This document shows, piece by piece, positions 1 to 9,055 of a stretch of DNA of 64,000 nucleotides (positions are counted from its first letter, which is position 1; every line of letters starts with the position of its first letter). The notes beneath the pieces are model-generated. The model was not told where the DNA came from and ran no database searches. It worked only from the letters and a program-made list of their open reading frames with translations. Origin of the DNA: an uncultured Shimia sp. (GTDB lineage Bacteria > Pseudomonadota > Alphaproteobacteria > Rhodobacterales > Rhodobacteraceae). The translations under genes were made by a program, and so were the position numbers. Location: assembly GCA_937897325.1 (NCBI GenBank), contig CALCOY010000096.1, positions 31,755-95,754 on the forward strand. The letters run 5' to 3'.

Positions 1-1
1 C

Positions 2-793
2 ACGACTTTGGCCCTGACGCTGTCGCTTTTGAAACAGCGGGGGGAAAAGTCGGTCAAGTCGGCCACGTTCTTCACCGCCCTCACCGATTTTTCGGATCAA
101 GGAGAGTTCACGCCTTTTTTGCAGGACGATTTTATCGACGGGATTGAAGCGGAGGTCGATGACAAAGGCATTCTGCCCTCTGTCATCATGGCCCGCACGT
201 TTTCCTTTTTGCGCTCGAACGATCTGATCTACCAGCCGGCCATCAAAAGCTACATGATGGGGGAAACGCCGCCCGCCTTCGATCTTCTCTATTGGAACGG
301 AGATGGGGCCAACCTCCCAGGATCCATGGCGATGCAGTATCTGCGCGGCCTCTGTCAGCGCAATGAGCTTGCCGATGGGGGATTTGAACTTATTGGGCAC
401 AAGCTGAAACTGAAAGAGGTCGACATCCCGCTTTGTGCGGTCGCGTGTCAGACGGATCACATCGCTGCGTGGAAAGACTGTTTTCGCGGTGTCCAGCAGA
501 TGGGATCCCGCAGCAAGTCATTTATTATGACCCAGTCCGGGCACATCGCGGGCATCGTCAATCCACCGTCGAAAAACAAATACGGTCACTACACGAATTC
601 CGATCTCTCGCAATCGGCGGAAGATTGGCTGGAAGGGGCGACCTTCACTGAAGGATCTTGGTGGCCGCGATGGGAGGCTTGGCTCAAGAAGCGATCGGGT
701 CGTCAGATGCCCGCCCGCATTCCGGGAGATTCGACTCACCCCGTACTGGAAGATGCGCCCGGTTCGTACGTGCTGGTGAAGGCAAGGCCCTGA
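2..793 (+). CDS. phaC: Poly(3-hydroxyalkanoate) synthase, class I, C-terminal part (5' end outside window)
   Basis: The frame is open to the left edge, and the track ORF starts at an internal TTG. The translation (FFTALTDFSDQGEF, LLYWNGDGANLPG, MTQSGHIAGIVNPP) matches the C-terminal half of PhaC. It is followed by phasin and phaR genes. Confidence 0.9.
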   Translation, partial: TTLALTLSLLKQRGEKSVKSATFFTALTDFSDQGEFTPFLQDDFIDGIEAEVDDKGILPSVIMARTFSFLRSNDLIYQPAIKSYMMGETPPAFDLLYWNGDGANLPGSMAMQYLRGLCQRNELADGGFELIGHKLKLKEVDIPLCAVACQTDHIAAWKDCFRGVQQMGSRSKSFIMTQSGHIAGIVNPPSKNKYGHYTNSDLSQSAEDWLEGATFTEGSWWPRWEAWLKKRSGRQMPARIPGDSTHPVLEDAPGSYVLVKARP

Positions 794-817
794 TTTACCT
801 TAAGTAAATTTTCTTTG

Positions 818-856
818 CTGCAGCGCAGAAAAAGTCTTGAAATGCTGCGGTGCAGC
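818..856. promoter_or_regulatory. Two PhaR-type palindromic boxes (CTGC-N3-GCAG) in the phaP promoter region
   Basis: CTGCagcGCAG lies at 818-828 and GCTGCggtGCAGC at 844-856. The second box sits in the spacer of a plausible promoter, TTGAAA (836-841) N17-18 TATAT (about 860), located 60-100 nt upstream of the phasin ATG. Confidence 0.5.
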
Positions 857-919
857 ATGTATATGCTTGTCCACAAGATGAATGCGGGTGGGGCCCGCAC
901 CGCAAAAAGGACAAGTACT

Positions 920-1366
920 ATGGCTAAAACACAAGACATGACCGCCGTCTTCAAAGACATCATGGGCGCGTTCCCTGTTGATACAAAAGCGATGGAAGAC
1001 GCTTTCAAAACAACAGCGACGCTGAATGAGAAGCTCAGCCACGTCGCACTCGACGCCGCTGAGAAATCGACCGAGATTTCGAGCAAATGGACAAAAGAGA
1101 CGCTGTCGAAAATGGCAGACATGTCCAAAGCCAAGGCCGAGCCTGCCGACTATGCAAAAGCGATGACAGACTTCGCATCGGCATATGCCGAGGTGACAGC
1201 AGAGCACATGGCAGCCTTCGCCGAAGTCGCGAAGAAAGTTCAAATGGACACAGTTGAACTGATGATGGCCGCAGGCAAAGACATGAGCGAAGACGCGTCA
1301 GCCGCGGTTAAGAAAGCGACAGGCGAGATGACGGCAGCAGCCAAGAAAGCTGCAACGGCTAAGTAA
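920..1366 (+). CDS. phaP: Phasin (PHA granule-associated protein)
   Basis: I placed the start at the internal ATG (MAKTQDMTAVFKD). The protein is 148 aa, Ala/Lys/Glu-rich and predicted helical, typical of the phasin family. It lies between phaC and phaR. Confidence 0.85.
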   Translation: MAKTQDMTAVFKDIMGAFPVDTKAMEDAFKTTATLNEKLSHVALDAAEKSTEISSKWTKETLSKMADMSKAKAEPADYAKAMTDFASAYAEVTAEHMAAFAEVAKKVQMDTVELMMAAGKDMSEDASAAVKKATGEMTAAAKKAATAK

Positions 1367-1426
1367 GCGGTGCGCCATACGGCATAGTATTTCGCGCTAA
1401 TTCCTCCCTGATGCGCGCGAAAGCTT

Positions 1427-1460
1427 GGGCGGGTCCCCACCTAGGGCCCGCCCTTTTTTT
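1427..1460 (+). terminator. Rho-independent terminator after phaP
   Basis: GGGCGGGTCC-loop-GGGCCCGCCC forms a roughly 10-bp GC stem followed by TTTTTTT. Confidence 0.7.
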
Positions 1461-1515
1461 CGCTATTGCGTTGTCAGCGCGAATGGTCTTTCTTTTTCAA
1501 GAGCCTGCGCCTAAG

Positions 1516-1526
1516 CTGCATTGCAG
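1516..1526. promoter_or_regulatory. Third PhaR-type box (CTGCattGCAG) upstream of phaR, possible autoregulation
   Basis: This is the same CTGC-N3-GCAG palindrome as the two boxes upstream of phaP. It lies 22 nt upstream of the GTG start I favour for phaR. Confidence 0.4.
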
Positions 1527-1547
1527 CACTTAATCCGGGAATGCGCC

Positions 1548-2114
1548 GTGTCCGAAAAGTCTCCCCCCCTTTTGATCAAGCGTTACGCCAGCCGTCGTCT
1601 CTACAATACCGAGACAAGCGACTACGTCACGCTGGAAGACATCTCGGGTTTCATCCGGGACGGGCGGGAAGTTCAGATCGTTGATCTGAAAACCGGCGAC
1701 GATCTGACCCGACAATACCTGCTGCAAATCATCGCCGAACATGAAAGCCGCGGTGAAAGCGTATTGCCTGTGGATGTGCTGAACGATCTGGTGCGCAGCT
1801 ATATGACCCCGGGCGCGAGCGTCGTGCCACAATTCCTTCAGGCAAGCTTTGAAATGTTGAGAGACGGTCAAAGCCGGATGATGGAAAACATGACCGCTAT
1901 GAACCCGATGGCGAAGATGCCTGGTTTTGAAGCCATGCGCGCCCAGCAGGAAGCTTTCTTCAAAGCTATGACCGGGGGGATGGGCAAATCCTGGTCGGCC
2001 CCTACCAGTGAAGACGGCATGACCGAGGCAGATGAAAAAGAAACCTCGGAAGATCTGGATGAGATCAAGAAGCAGCTCGCCGATCTGCAAAACAAGCTGT
2101 CGAAGCTGTCCTAA
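1548..2114 (+). CDS. phaR: Polyhydroxyalkanoate synthesis repressor PhaR
   Basis: The translation (PLLIKRYASRRLYNTETSDYVTLEDI...QYLLQIIAEHE) is a typical PhaR N-terminus. I prefer the GTG at 1548 over the track TTG at 1521 because 1521 lies inside the palindromic box. Confidence 0.88.
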   Translation: MSEKSPPLLIKRYASRRLYNTETSDYVTLEDISGFIRDGREVQIVDLKTGDDLTRQYLLQIIAEHESRGESVLPVDVLNDLVRSYMTPGASVVPQFLQASFEMLRDGQSRMMENMTAMNPMAKMPGFEAMRAQQEAFFKAMTGGMGKSWSAPTSEDGMTEADEKETSEDLDEIKKQLADLQNKLSKLS

Positions 2115-2119
2115 ATTCT

Positions 2120-3313
2120 TTACGTTCCGTAGGCCTTCTGATTTTCGTTCATCGTCGCTTCAATTGCTGAGAGCAGGGCATCGGCGATGGCCTCACGTTC
2201 CGCTTCAATGAGGTGAACCGGCAGCCGCACATCACAAGCCCGCATCAGCATCTTTCGTGTCTGTGGCAGCTCTTCCTGATGTGGCAGAAACTGCCAGTTC
2301 CAGAATGCACGGGCGTTGTTCTTGCTCAGCCCGAAGACCTGAACCTTCACGCCTCGCGCACCGGCATGTGCCACGAAGTCGTGGACCTGGTCGTCGCTCA
2401 GCTCGACGAGATTGAACTGAATTGAGTCAGGTGCGCGTGCTTCGCCTTCAAGCGGGACAGGGACCGAAATCCAGGGGCTGGTCTCCAGCAGTTCAGCCAC
2501 ATGATCGTGGCCAATCTTGCCGTCCCGCACGCGGCGCTTAAGATGCGGCAATTGGGGGCGGATGACGGCGGCCGAAAGATTGCTCATCCGAAGATTGTAT
2601 AGCGGTAGCCTGTTCTGCCAGCATGCAAAGGCTGCCTCAAGACCCGCATGCTTGCGCCAATTGTGCTCATATGCGCCCGACATGATCACGGCCTGCGCGA
2701 TCAGGTCAGCATCGTCCGATACCATGATGCCGCCTTCACCAGCATTGATCATCTTGTAGGACTGGAACGAAAAACAACCGACCCGGCCAATCGTGCCGAT
2801 CTTCTTGCCCCGCCAAAGCGTGCCAAGAGAATGCGCAGCATCTTCTATGACCGGAATGCCCATATCATTGCACAAGGACATGATCGCACCCATGTCCGAG
2901 GTATGGCCGCGCATATGGCTGACGATGACGGCTGAGATGTCTTTTTGCAGACGCGCTGAAAAGTCGTCTATGTCGATCCGGTAGTCCGGACCGACCTCAC
3001 AGAGTACCGGGATGCACTCAGCATGTACGATTGAAGACGGCACCGCAGCAAAGGTGAAGCCCGGGATCAGGACGCGCGCGTCGCGGGGCAGGCGAAGTGA
3101 CTTCAAAGCAAGAAATAGCGCGGCTGAGCAGGAAGAGACGGCAAGGGCATACTTCGCGCCCATAAGCTCAGCGAATTCCTTTTCGAGAAGGCTGACGGGT
3201 GCGCCTTCTTCTGCTGTGTATCGAAACAGGTCCCCGGACTGCAGAAGCCGATCAATCTCTGCACGCGCTTCGGAGGGAATGGGTTCGGCTTGATGTGGAT
3301 CAGCGGCGACCAT
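2120..3313 (-). CDS. DegT/DnrJ/EryC1/StrS-family PLP-dependent aminotransferase
   Basis: The 397-aa product has the family layout, a SFQSYKMINAGEGG motif (PLP-lysine context) and an ATG start. Confidence 0.8.
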   Translation of the reverse strand: MVAADPHQAEPIPSEARAEIDRLLQSGDLFRYTAEEGAPVSLLEKEFAELMGAKYALAVSSCSAALFLALKSLRLPRDARVLIPGFTFAAVPSSIVHAECIPVLCEVGPDYRIDIDDFSARLQKDISAVIVSHMRGHTSDMGAIMSLCNDMGIPVIEDAAHSLGTLWRGKKIGTIGRVGCFSFQSYKMINAGEGGIMVSDDADLIAQAVIMSGAYEHNWRKHAGLEAAFACWQNRLPLYNLRMSNLSAAVIRPQLPHLKRRVRDGKIGHDHVAELLETSPWISVPVPLEGEARAPDSIQFNLVELSDDQVHDFVAHAGARGVKVQVFGLSKNNARAFWNWQFLPHQEELPQTRKMLMRACDVRLPVHLIEAEREAIADALLSAIEATMNENQKAYGT

Positions 3314-3391
3314 ATTTCGAAATCCTTATGTTCAGATTTGTTATTTATTAATTCATATATCAGTGAATTCCAATCGAATTATAATAACCGT

Positions 3392-4693
3392 TCAAAATCC
3401 CAGTCGGTCTCTCAGCGCATACCAACTCATGGCGAGGGCAAGCAGCGGACTGCGGAATCGCGGACCGCCTGGGAATGTCAGGTTGGGGATGTCGGCCATG
3501 GTATCAAAGCCGTCGCCGTCCCCCTCAATCGCACGGGCCATAAGAAAACCCGCATGGCTTGCAGTTCCCAGGCCGTGGCCGGAATAGCCCGACGCCGACA
3601 GGACATTGGCATCGACGCGAGCGAGGTAGGGTAGGCGCTTCATCGTAATGGCGAGTGTTCCGCCCCACGCATAGTCGATCCGCACATCTTTGAGATGCGG
3701 AAAGACCTTCAACATCGGCTTGCGCACCACACCAGCAATGTCGGCAGGGAAGCGATAGCCGTAGCTTTCACCACCTCCGAACAAAAGCCTGCCGTCTTGG
3801 CTGAGCCGAAAGTAATTCACCACAAAGCGGTCGTCTGCAACTGCGATATCACGGGTCAGAACCGCAGATGTGCGCGCGTCCAGCGGTTCGGTTGCGGCGA
3901 CAAAGTTGTTGATCGGCATCACGTGGGCCGCAACCTTGCGGCTCAGATCCCCGAGATAACCGTTGCAAGCCAGGATAATATGATCTGCTGTCACGGTGCC
4001 CTTTGCTGTGTGAACCGTGGCCGGTTGGCCGGGTATGATCCGCGTGGCCAGGCTGCTTTCCCGAAGATCTGCGCCAGCAGAGATCGCAGCCCGCGTCAAA
4101 CCAATGGCGAATGCCAAGGGATGCAAATGCGCCGCGCTCATGTCCAGGATCCCGCCCACATAGTCAGGCGAAGGGCAGAGGGCCTGGAAAGCGTCTTTGG
4201 ATAGAACCTCAAGCGGATGATCGTAGTGCTGCGCCATATGATCGGCATAGTCGTGCAGGTCTTTGACGGATGCCGCATTGCGACCCGCCCAAGCGATGCC
4301 CGGTCTAAGGTGGCAATCGATATCGTGCCGGGCGATCAGCGATTTGACGAGGCTCTTGGCATCTTCACCCAAGCCCCAAAGCAAACGCGCCGCTTCGAAT
4401 CCGATCATTTTTTCAAGATGCGGTTGCTCGACCCGCTGGCCTGACCCTAGCTGCCCGCCATTGCGCCCCGAAGCCCCGAAACCTACGCGATGCGCTTCCA
4501 GCAAGATGACTTTACGGCCCGCCTCTGCCAGATGAAGCGCGGCGGACAGCCCGGTATAGCCTGCGCCGACGATACAGACATCGGTGCGTTCCGACCCTTC
4601 CAATGCGGGGAGAGGCGGAAGCAAAGCAGTCGACGCCGCATACCAACTGTCGGGATAGTGTCCCTTTTTGTCGTTGGCAAACAGCAGGTTCAT
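3392..4693 (-). CDS. FAD-dependent oxidoreductase, gamma-glutamylputrescine oxidase (PuuB/OrdL)-like
   Basis: An N-terminal dinucleotide fold (DVCIVGAGYTGLSAALHLAEAG) is present. The 433-aa length is DAO-family size, and the gene sits next to GS-like genes. Confidence 0.8.
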   Translation of the reverse strand: MNLLFANDKKGHYPDSWYAASTALLPPLPALEGSERTDVCIVGAGYTGLSAALHLAEAGRKVILLEAHRVGFGASGRNGGQLGSGQRVEQPHLEKMIGFEAARLLWGLGEDAKSLVKSLIARHDIDCHLRPGIAWAGRNAASVKDLHDYADHMAQHYDHPLEVLSKDAFQALCPSPDYVGGILDMSAAHLHPLAFAIGLTRAAISAGADLRESSLATRIIPGQPATVHTAKGTVTADHIILACNGYLGDLSRKVAAHVMPINNFVAATEPLDARTSAVLTRDIAVADDRFVVNYFRLSQDGRLLFGGGESYGYRFPADIAGVVRKPMLKVFPHLKDVRIDYAWGGTLAITMKRLPYLARVDANVLSASGYSGHGLGTASHAGFLMARAIEGDGDGFDTMADIPNLTFPGGPRFRSPLLALAMSWYALRDRLGF

Positions 4694-4738
4694 GCCAGTC
4701 GCGGCTCCGTCCCACAGGTCTTTGCTCGAGGCTGAAGA

Positions 4739-6100
4739 TCACACATTGAGCAACAGATGTTCCCGCTCCCAGGGCGAAATTACATTGAGGAATTCCTCAT
4801 ATTCGGCGCGTTTCACGATCGAATAGACCCGCGCGAATTCCGTGCCAAGCACCTCATGTAGGGCGGTTGCTTTGTCGAAGAGCCCCAGAGCAGAGCCGAG
4901 GACCCGCGGAATATCTCCCGCGCCTTCGTAAGCATCGCCCCGGAATTGCGGTCTGGGTCGCGCCTCTTCCGTCAGGCCCAGATAACCGCAGGCGAGCGAC
5001 GCTGCGATGCCCAGATACGGATTGCAATCCATCCCGGCGATGCGGTTTTCGACCCGTCGCGCAATTGGATCAGCCAGCGGAATGCGGATCCCAGTCGTCC
5101 GGTTGTCACGGCCCCATTCCAGATTGATGGGGGCCGCATTGTCTTTCACGTAGCGCCGGTAGCTGTTCACATAGGGCGCCAGAACCGCCAGCGCTGATGG
5201 CAAATGCGTCTGAAGACCCGCAATGAAGTGGAAGAACGCGTCGGTGTCGCCACCCTGCGGTCCCGCGAAGATGTTTGCGCCCGTCTCCATGTCCAGGATC
5301 GAATGATGCATATGCATCGCACTGCCGGGCTCGTCCTCGATCGGTTTTGCCATGAAGGTGGCAAAGCAATCGTGGCGTAGGGCGGCTTCGCGGATGATCC
5401 GTTTGAAATAGAAAACCTCGTCCGCCAGCTTCACTGGATCGCCGTGGCGGAGGTTGATTTCAAGCTGGCCAGCGCCGCCTTCCTGTGTGATCCCGTCAAT
5501 CTCAAAACCCTGCGCCTCGGCAAAATCGTAAATATCGTCGATCACCGGGCCGAATTCATCCACCGCCGTCATCGAATAGGCTTGGCGGGCGGCGGCGGGC
5601 CGTCCCGAACGGCCCATCATCGGTTCGATGTCCTTGGCCGGATCAAGGTTGCGGGCGACGAGGAAGAACTCCATCTCCGGCGCCACGACCGGTTTCAGAC
5701 CCATATCGTGATAAAGCTGGACGACGCGTTTCAGTACGTTTCGGGGCGCGAAAGGTACAGGATTGCCCTTGCGGTCATAGGCGTCATGAATGATCTGCAG
5801 CGTCCAGTCGCCTGTCCAGGGAGCTGCGGTCGCGGTCGAAAAATCCGGCCGCAGGATCATGTCCTTTTCGATGAAGCCCTCGTCGCCAGCGGCCTCGCCC
5901 CAGGACCCGGTGATCGTTTGGTAGAAGATGCTGTCGGGCAGATAGAAGTGTTCTTGCCGCGCGAACTTCGTGGCCGGAACCGCCTTGCCTCGGGCGATGC
6001 CAGGCAGATCCGCGATGATGCATTCGACCTCGTCCAGGCGTTTGCCTGTCAGATAGAACTGGGCCGGACCGGGCAGGTTGTCGATCCAATCGGTCGTCAT
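4739..6100 (-). CDS. Glutamine synthetase-family protein (gamma-glutamyl-amine synthetase, PuuA-like), paralog 1
   Basis: The 453-aa product has a GS type-I-like catalytic domain (SAMHMHHS, NRTTGIRIP). Its start overlaps the stop of the upstream GATase gene (ATGA at 6097-6100). Confidence 0.85.
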   Translation of the reverse strand: MTTDWIDNLPGPAQFYLTGKRLDEVECIIADLPGIARGKAVPATKFARQEHFYLPDSIFYQTITGSWGEAAGDEGFIEKDMILRPDFSTATAAPWTGDWTLQIIHDAYDRKGNPVPFAPRNVLKRVVQLYHDMGLKPVVAPEMEFFLVARNLDPAKDIEPMMGRSGRPAAARQAYSMTAVDEFGPVIDDIYDFAEAQGFEIDGITQEGGAGQLEINLRHGDPVKLADEVFYFKRIIREAALRHDCFATFMAKPIEDEPGSAMHMHHSILDMETGANIFAGPQGGDTDAFFHFIAGLQTHLPSALAVLAPYVNSYRRYVKDNAAPINLEWGRDNRTTGIRIPLADPIARRVENRIAGMDCNPYLGIAASLACGYLGLTEEARPRPQFRGDAYEGAGDIPRVLGSALGLFDKATALHEVLGTEFARVYSIVKRAEYEEFLNVISPWEREHLLLNV

Positions 6101-6780
6101 GTTGTTTTCTCCCGCTTGAGAAAAGCGGCCATTTCATCCGCAATCATGGCGTTCTGTACGGGTGCGTGCAAACGGTGTGCGGCGTCTTCAAGCTGGGTGT
6201 CGGGCACAACGCCCTTGCCGCGATGCCGGATCAATCCGTCGACAAAGGTCGCCCCGAATTCGGGATGCGGCTGAATCGTCCAGATGCGGTCTCCGTATAC
6301 CAGCGCTGCGTTCTCGCAAAAGGCATTGGAGGCTATGACTTTCGCCCCTTCGGGCAGCGTTGTAACCTGATCCTGATGCCAGGCATTTAGGGCGATTGGC
6401 TGCCCGCGATACTCGTAATCGACGCGGCCCACTGACCAGCCACCTGTGAATTTCTCGACCTTGCCACCAAGCGCCTGGGCGATGATCTGGTGACCAAAGC
6501 AGATGCCAAGCGTGGGCTTGCCGCTGGCATGAATGTCGCGGATCAGATCTTCGAGTGGTGGGATAAAAGGCAGTTCCTCATAAGCCCCGTGTTTGGAACC
6601 TGTGATCAACCAGCCATCTGCGGCCTCCGGGCCGGGCGGAAAGGTCATGTCGACCACCGCATATGTTTCGAAGTCAAAGCTGTGCCCGGCGAGCAATTCC
6701 GCAAACATCCGATCATAATCGCCGAACGTCTCCAGCATTATGTCCGGCGCATGTCCGGTGAGCAAAATCCCGATTTTCAT
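6097..6780 (-). CDS. Class I glutamine amidotransferase-like protein (possible gamma-glutamyl-amide hydrolase)
   Basis: The 227-aa product carries a nucleophile elbow (GICFGHQ) and an HPE His-Glu pair. It is flanked by two GS-like genes. Confidence 0.8.
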   Translation of the reverse strand: MKIGILLTGHAPDIMLETFGDYDRMFAELLAGHSFDFETYAVVDMTFPPGPEAADGWLITGSKHGAYEELPFIPPLEDLIRDIHASGKPTLGICFGHQIIAQALGGKVEKFTGGWSVGRVDYEYRGQPIALNAWHQDQVTTLPEGAKVIASNAFCENAALVYGDRIWTIQPHPEFGATFVDGLIRHRGKGVVPDTQLEDAAHRLHAPVQNAMIADEMAAFLKREKTT

Positions 6781-6819
6781 GGATCACCTGAGGAATGTCG
6801 CGTCACGTTAGGTCAGCTG

Positions 6820-8154
6820 TCAAACTGTGTCGAGATAGACTTCGACCTGCTCTTCCGGGCTGAGATCGGCCATTTGCCGTTGCTCTTGCCGCTTGGTCAG
6901 AAGGAAGTTGCGGATGAGGTCTGGCGCAAAAATCTGCGCAACCTCCGGGCTGTTCTCAAACTGCTCCATTGCCTCCGCCCAGCTAGCGGGCATCTGGGGA
7001 AGATCCTGATCGTAGGCGTTGCCGGTGATGGGGTCGGGCGCAAGCGCCTTCTTTTCAAGCCCATTCAAGGCTGCCCCCAAAATGGCCGCGATGGACAGGT
7101 ATGGGTTTACATCCCCACCTGCAAAACGGTGTTCGATACGGCGGGCGGCAGGGGCACCACTTGGCACGCGGATCGCCGCCGTGCGGTTTTCGTAAGCCCA
7201 GCAGATGCCGGTCGGCGCGTGATTGCCGGGTACGAGGCGCGCATACGAATTGGCATGCGGTGCAAAAACGAGAGCTGATCCGGGCATGGCGGCCAAACAA
7301 CCCTGAATGGCGTGACGCAACGCATCGCTACCATGCGCGCCGCCATTGTCGAAAATGTTGAGGCCAGCGTCGTCCAAAACTGAAAAATGCATGTGCAGGC
7401 CAGACCCGGCATAGTCCTCGTAGGGTTTGGCCATGAAGGATGCTGCAAAGCCGTGCTTGCGAGCCAAGCCCTTGGCGAGCAACTTAAAAAGCCACGCATC
7501 ATCGGCGGCTTTCAGGGTGTCGGGCTGGTGCATCAGATTGATCTCGAATTGCCCCAAGCCGCTTTCCGAAATGGCAGTGTCAGCGGGAATATCCATTGCT
7601 TCACAGGCATCATAAAGATCAGTGAAGAAGTGATCGAACTGATCAAGAGCGCGCAACGATAGGATCTCACCTGCCACGCGGCGTTTGCCCGACCGGGGGG
7701 AGCGCGGCACGCGCAAATGACGCTCTGTGTCGTCTATCAGGAAAAACTCGAGCTCAACCGCGACAACGGGTGTCAGCCCCTTTTCCGAAAACCGCTTCTG
7801 GACAGCCGCCAAGGCATGGCGGGGATCCCCATCGAAGGGTTGCCCGTTCTCATGGTACATCCAGATCGGCAAAAGCCCGGTCGGCGTGTCGAGCCACGGC
7901 ATCGGGACGAATCCACGCCCGGTTTGTCGTAAAACGCCGTCGCGGTCGCCCGATGCCAAGACCAATGGGCTGTCCTTAATGTCTTCGCCCCAGATGTCGA
8001 GGTTCAGAACAGATAGTGGAAAGCGCGTGCCGTCACGCGTGACTTTGTCGGCAGAGGCGATTGGCATCCGCTTACCTCTTGGCACGCCGTTCAGATCGGA
8101 TGCTGCCACGCGAATGGCTTTGATATCGGGATTGCCTTCAAGCCATTCGTGCAT
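6820..8154 (-). CDS. Glutamine synthetase-family protein, paralog 2
   Basis: The 444-aa product has GS catalytic-domain motifs (SGLHMHFS, NRTAAIRVP). Confidence 0.85.
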   Translation of the reverse strand: MHEWLEGNPDIKAIRVAASDLNGVPRGKRMPIASADKVTRDGTRFPLSVLNLDIWGEDIKDSPLVLASGDRDGVLRQTGRGFVPMPWLDTPTGLLPIWMYHENGQPFDGDPRHALAAVQKRFSEKGLTPVVAVELEFFLIDDTERHLRVPRSPRSGKRRVAGEILSLRALDQFDHFFTDLYDACEAMDIPADTAISESGLGQFEINLMHQPDTLKAADDAWLFKLLAKGLARKHGFAASFMAKPYEDYAGSGLHMHFSVLDDAGLNIFDNGGAHGSDALRHAIQGCLAAMPGSALVFAPHANSYARLVPGNHAPTGICWAYENRTAAIRVPSGAPAARRIEHRFAGGDVNPYLSIAAILGAALNGLEKKALAPDPITGNAYDQDLPQMPASWAEAMEQFENSPEVAQIFAPDLIRNFLLTKRQEQRQMADLSPEEQVEVYLDTV

Positions 8155-8157
8155 TGA

Positions 8158-8964
8158 TCAGCGCACCAGATTGGGCCGCAGACGCAGGCGGGGGTGCCGC
8201 TCGGTCGGCAAATGCCGGTTGAGCCGCCGATTGACCATACCGAATACCACAATGATCGCGAGCGTCAGCAAGATGAAATAGAAGGCGAGGATGGGGTAGG
8301 GCACGAAGGGGTTGAACGTCTTGTCGGCAAAATAGCTGGCGTAGTAGAGCGCGTCTCCCCGCTGTTGCCAAGCCGGAAAGCCGCTGAAAAAGACCAGCGT
8401 GGTGGCGTGGAAAAGAAAGATCGCCTCGTTCGTGTAGCTGGGCCAGGCTAGGCGCAGCATGGTGGGGAAGACGATCCTTCGAAACCGGGTCCAGCCCGTC
8501 AAGCCGTAGGCGTCGGCCGCTTCCACATCGCCTTTTGGAATGGATTTCAAGGCGCCAAAGAAGATCTCGGCGGAGTAGGCGGCGGTATTTAGAAAGAGCA
8601 CGATCAAGGCGCCCAGCCACGCAGCGGTGAATGGGTTAAAGAACGCGTAATTGCCTTTGAGGTTCAGGAAAAAGAAGTACGCAAAAAAGAACTGTATGAA
8701 AAGTGGAGAGCCCCGGAAGAGGAACACGAACCATTCGGCAGGTTTACGCACAAATGCCCGGCTGTCATTCTTTGCGACGGCAACCGCGACGGCCAGGCAG
8801 AAACCGGTCAGCAGGGCGCATATCCCGAAATAGACATTCCACAGCATGCCCGAGCCGATCAGGGTGAACTGCTCGCATAGCGTGAAGTCGCTGCGGGGCA
8901 AAAGCCGTTCGCCAAAGCCGATAGATCGGAAAGCATAGGACTGAATGGTGTCCCAGCAGCTCAT
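8158..8964 (-). CDS. ABC transporter permease, polar amino acid/opine (HisM/OccM-like) family
   Basis: The 268-aa product is multi-TM and has an EAA-like loop (EAADAYGLTGWTRFRRIVFP). Confidence 0.85.
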   Translation of the reverse strand: MSCWDTIQSYAFRSIGFGERLLPRSDFTLCEQFTLIGSGMLWNVYFGICALLTGFCLAVAVAVAKNDSRAFVRKPAEWFVFLFRGSPLFIQFFFAYFFFLNLKGNYAFFNPFTAAWLGALIVLFLNTAAYSAEIFFGALKSIPKGDVEAADAYGLTGWTRFRRIVFPTMLRLAWPSYTNEAIFLFHATTLVFFSGFPAWQQRGDALYYASYFADKTFNPFVPYPILAFYFILLTLAIIVVFGMVNRRLNRHLPTERHPRLRLRPNLVR

Positions 8965-9055
8965 GCCCTGGACCTGCTTCGCAAGTTCAGATATGTGAAA
9001 TTTATTTTTTCTAACAATGTGTTAGGCCCTATTTTCGTGAGGTCTATGCACTGCA

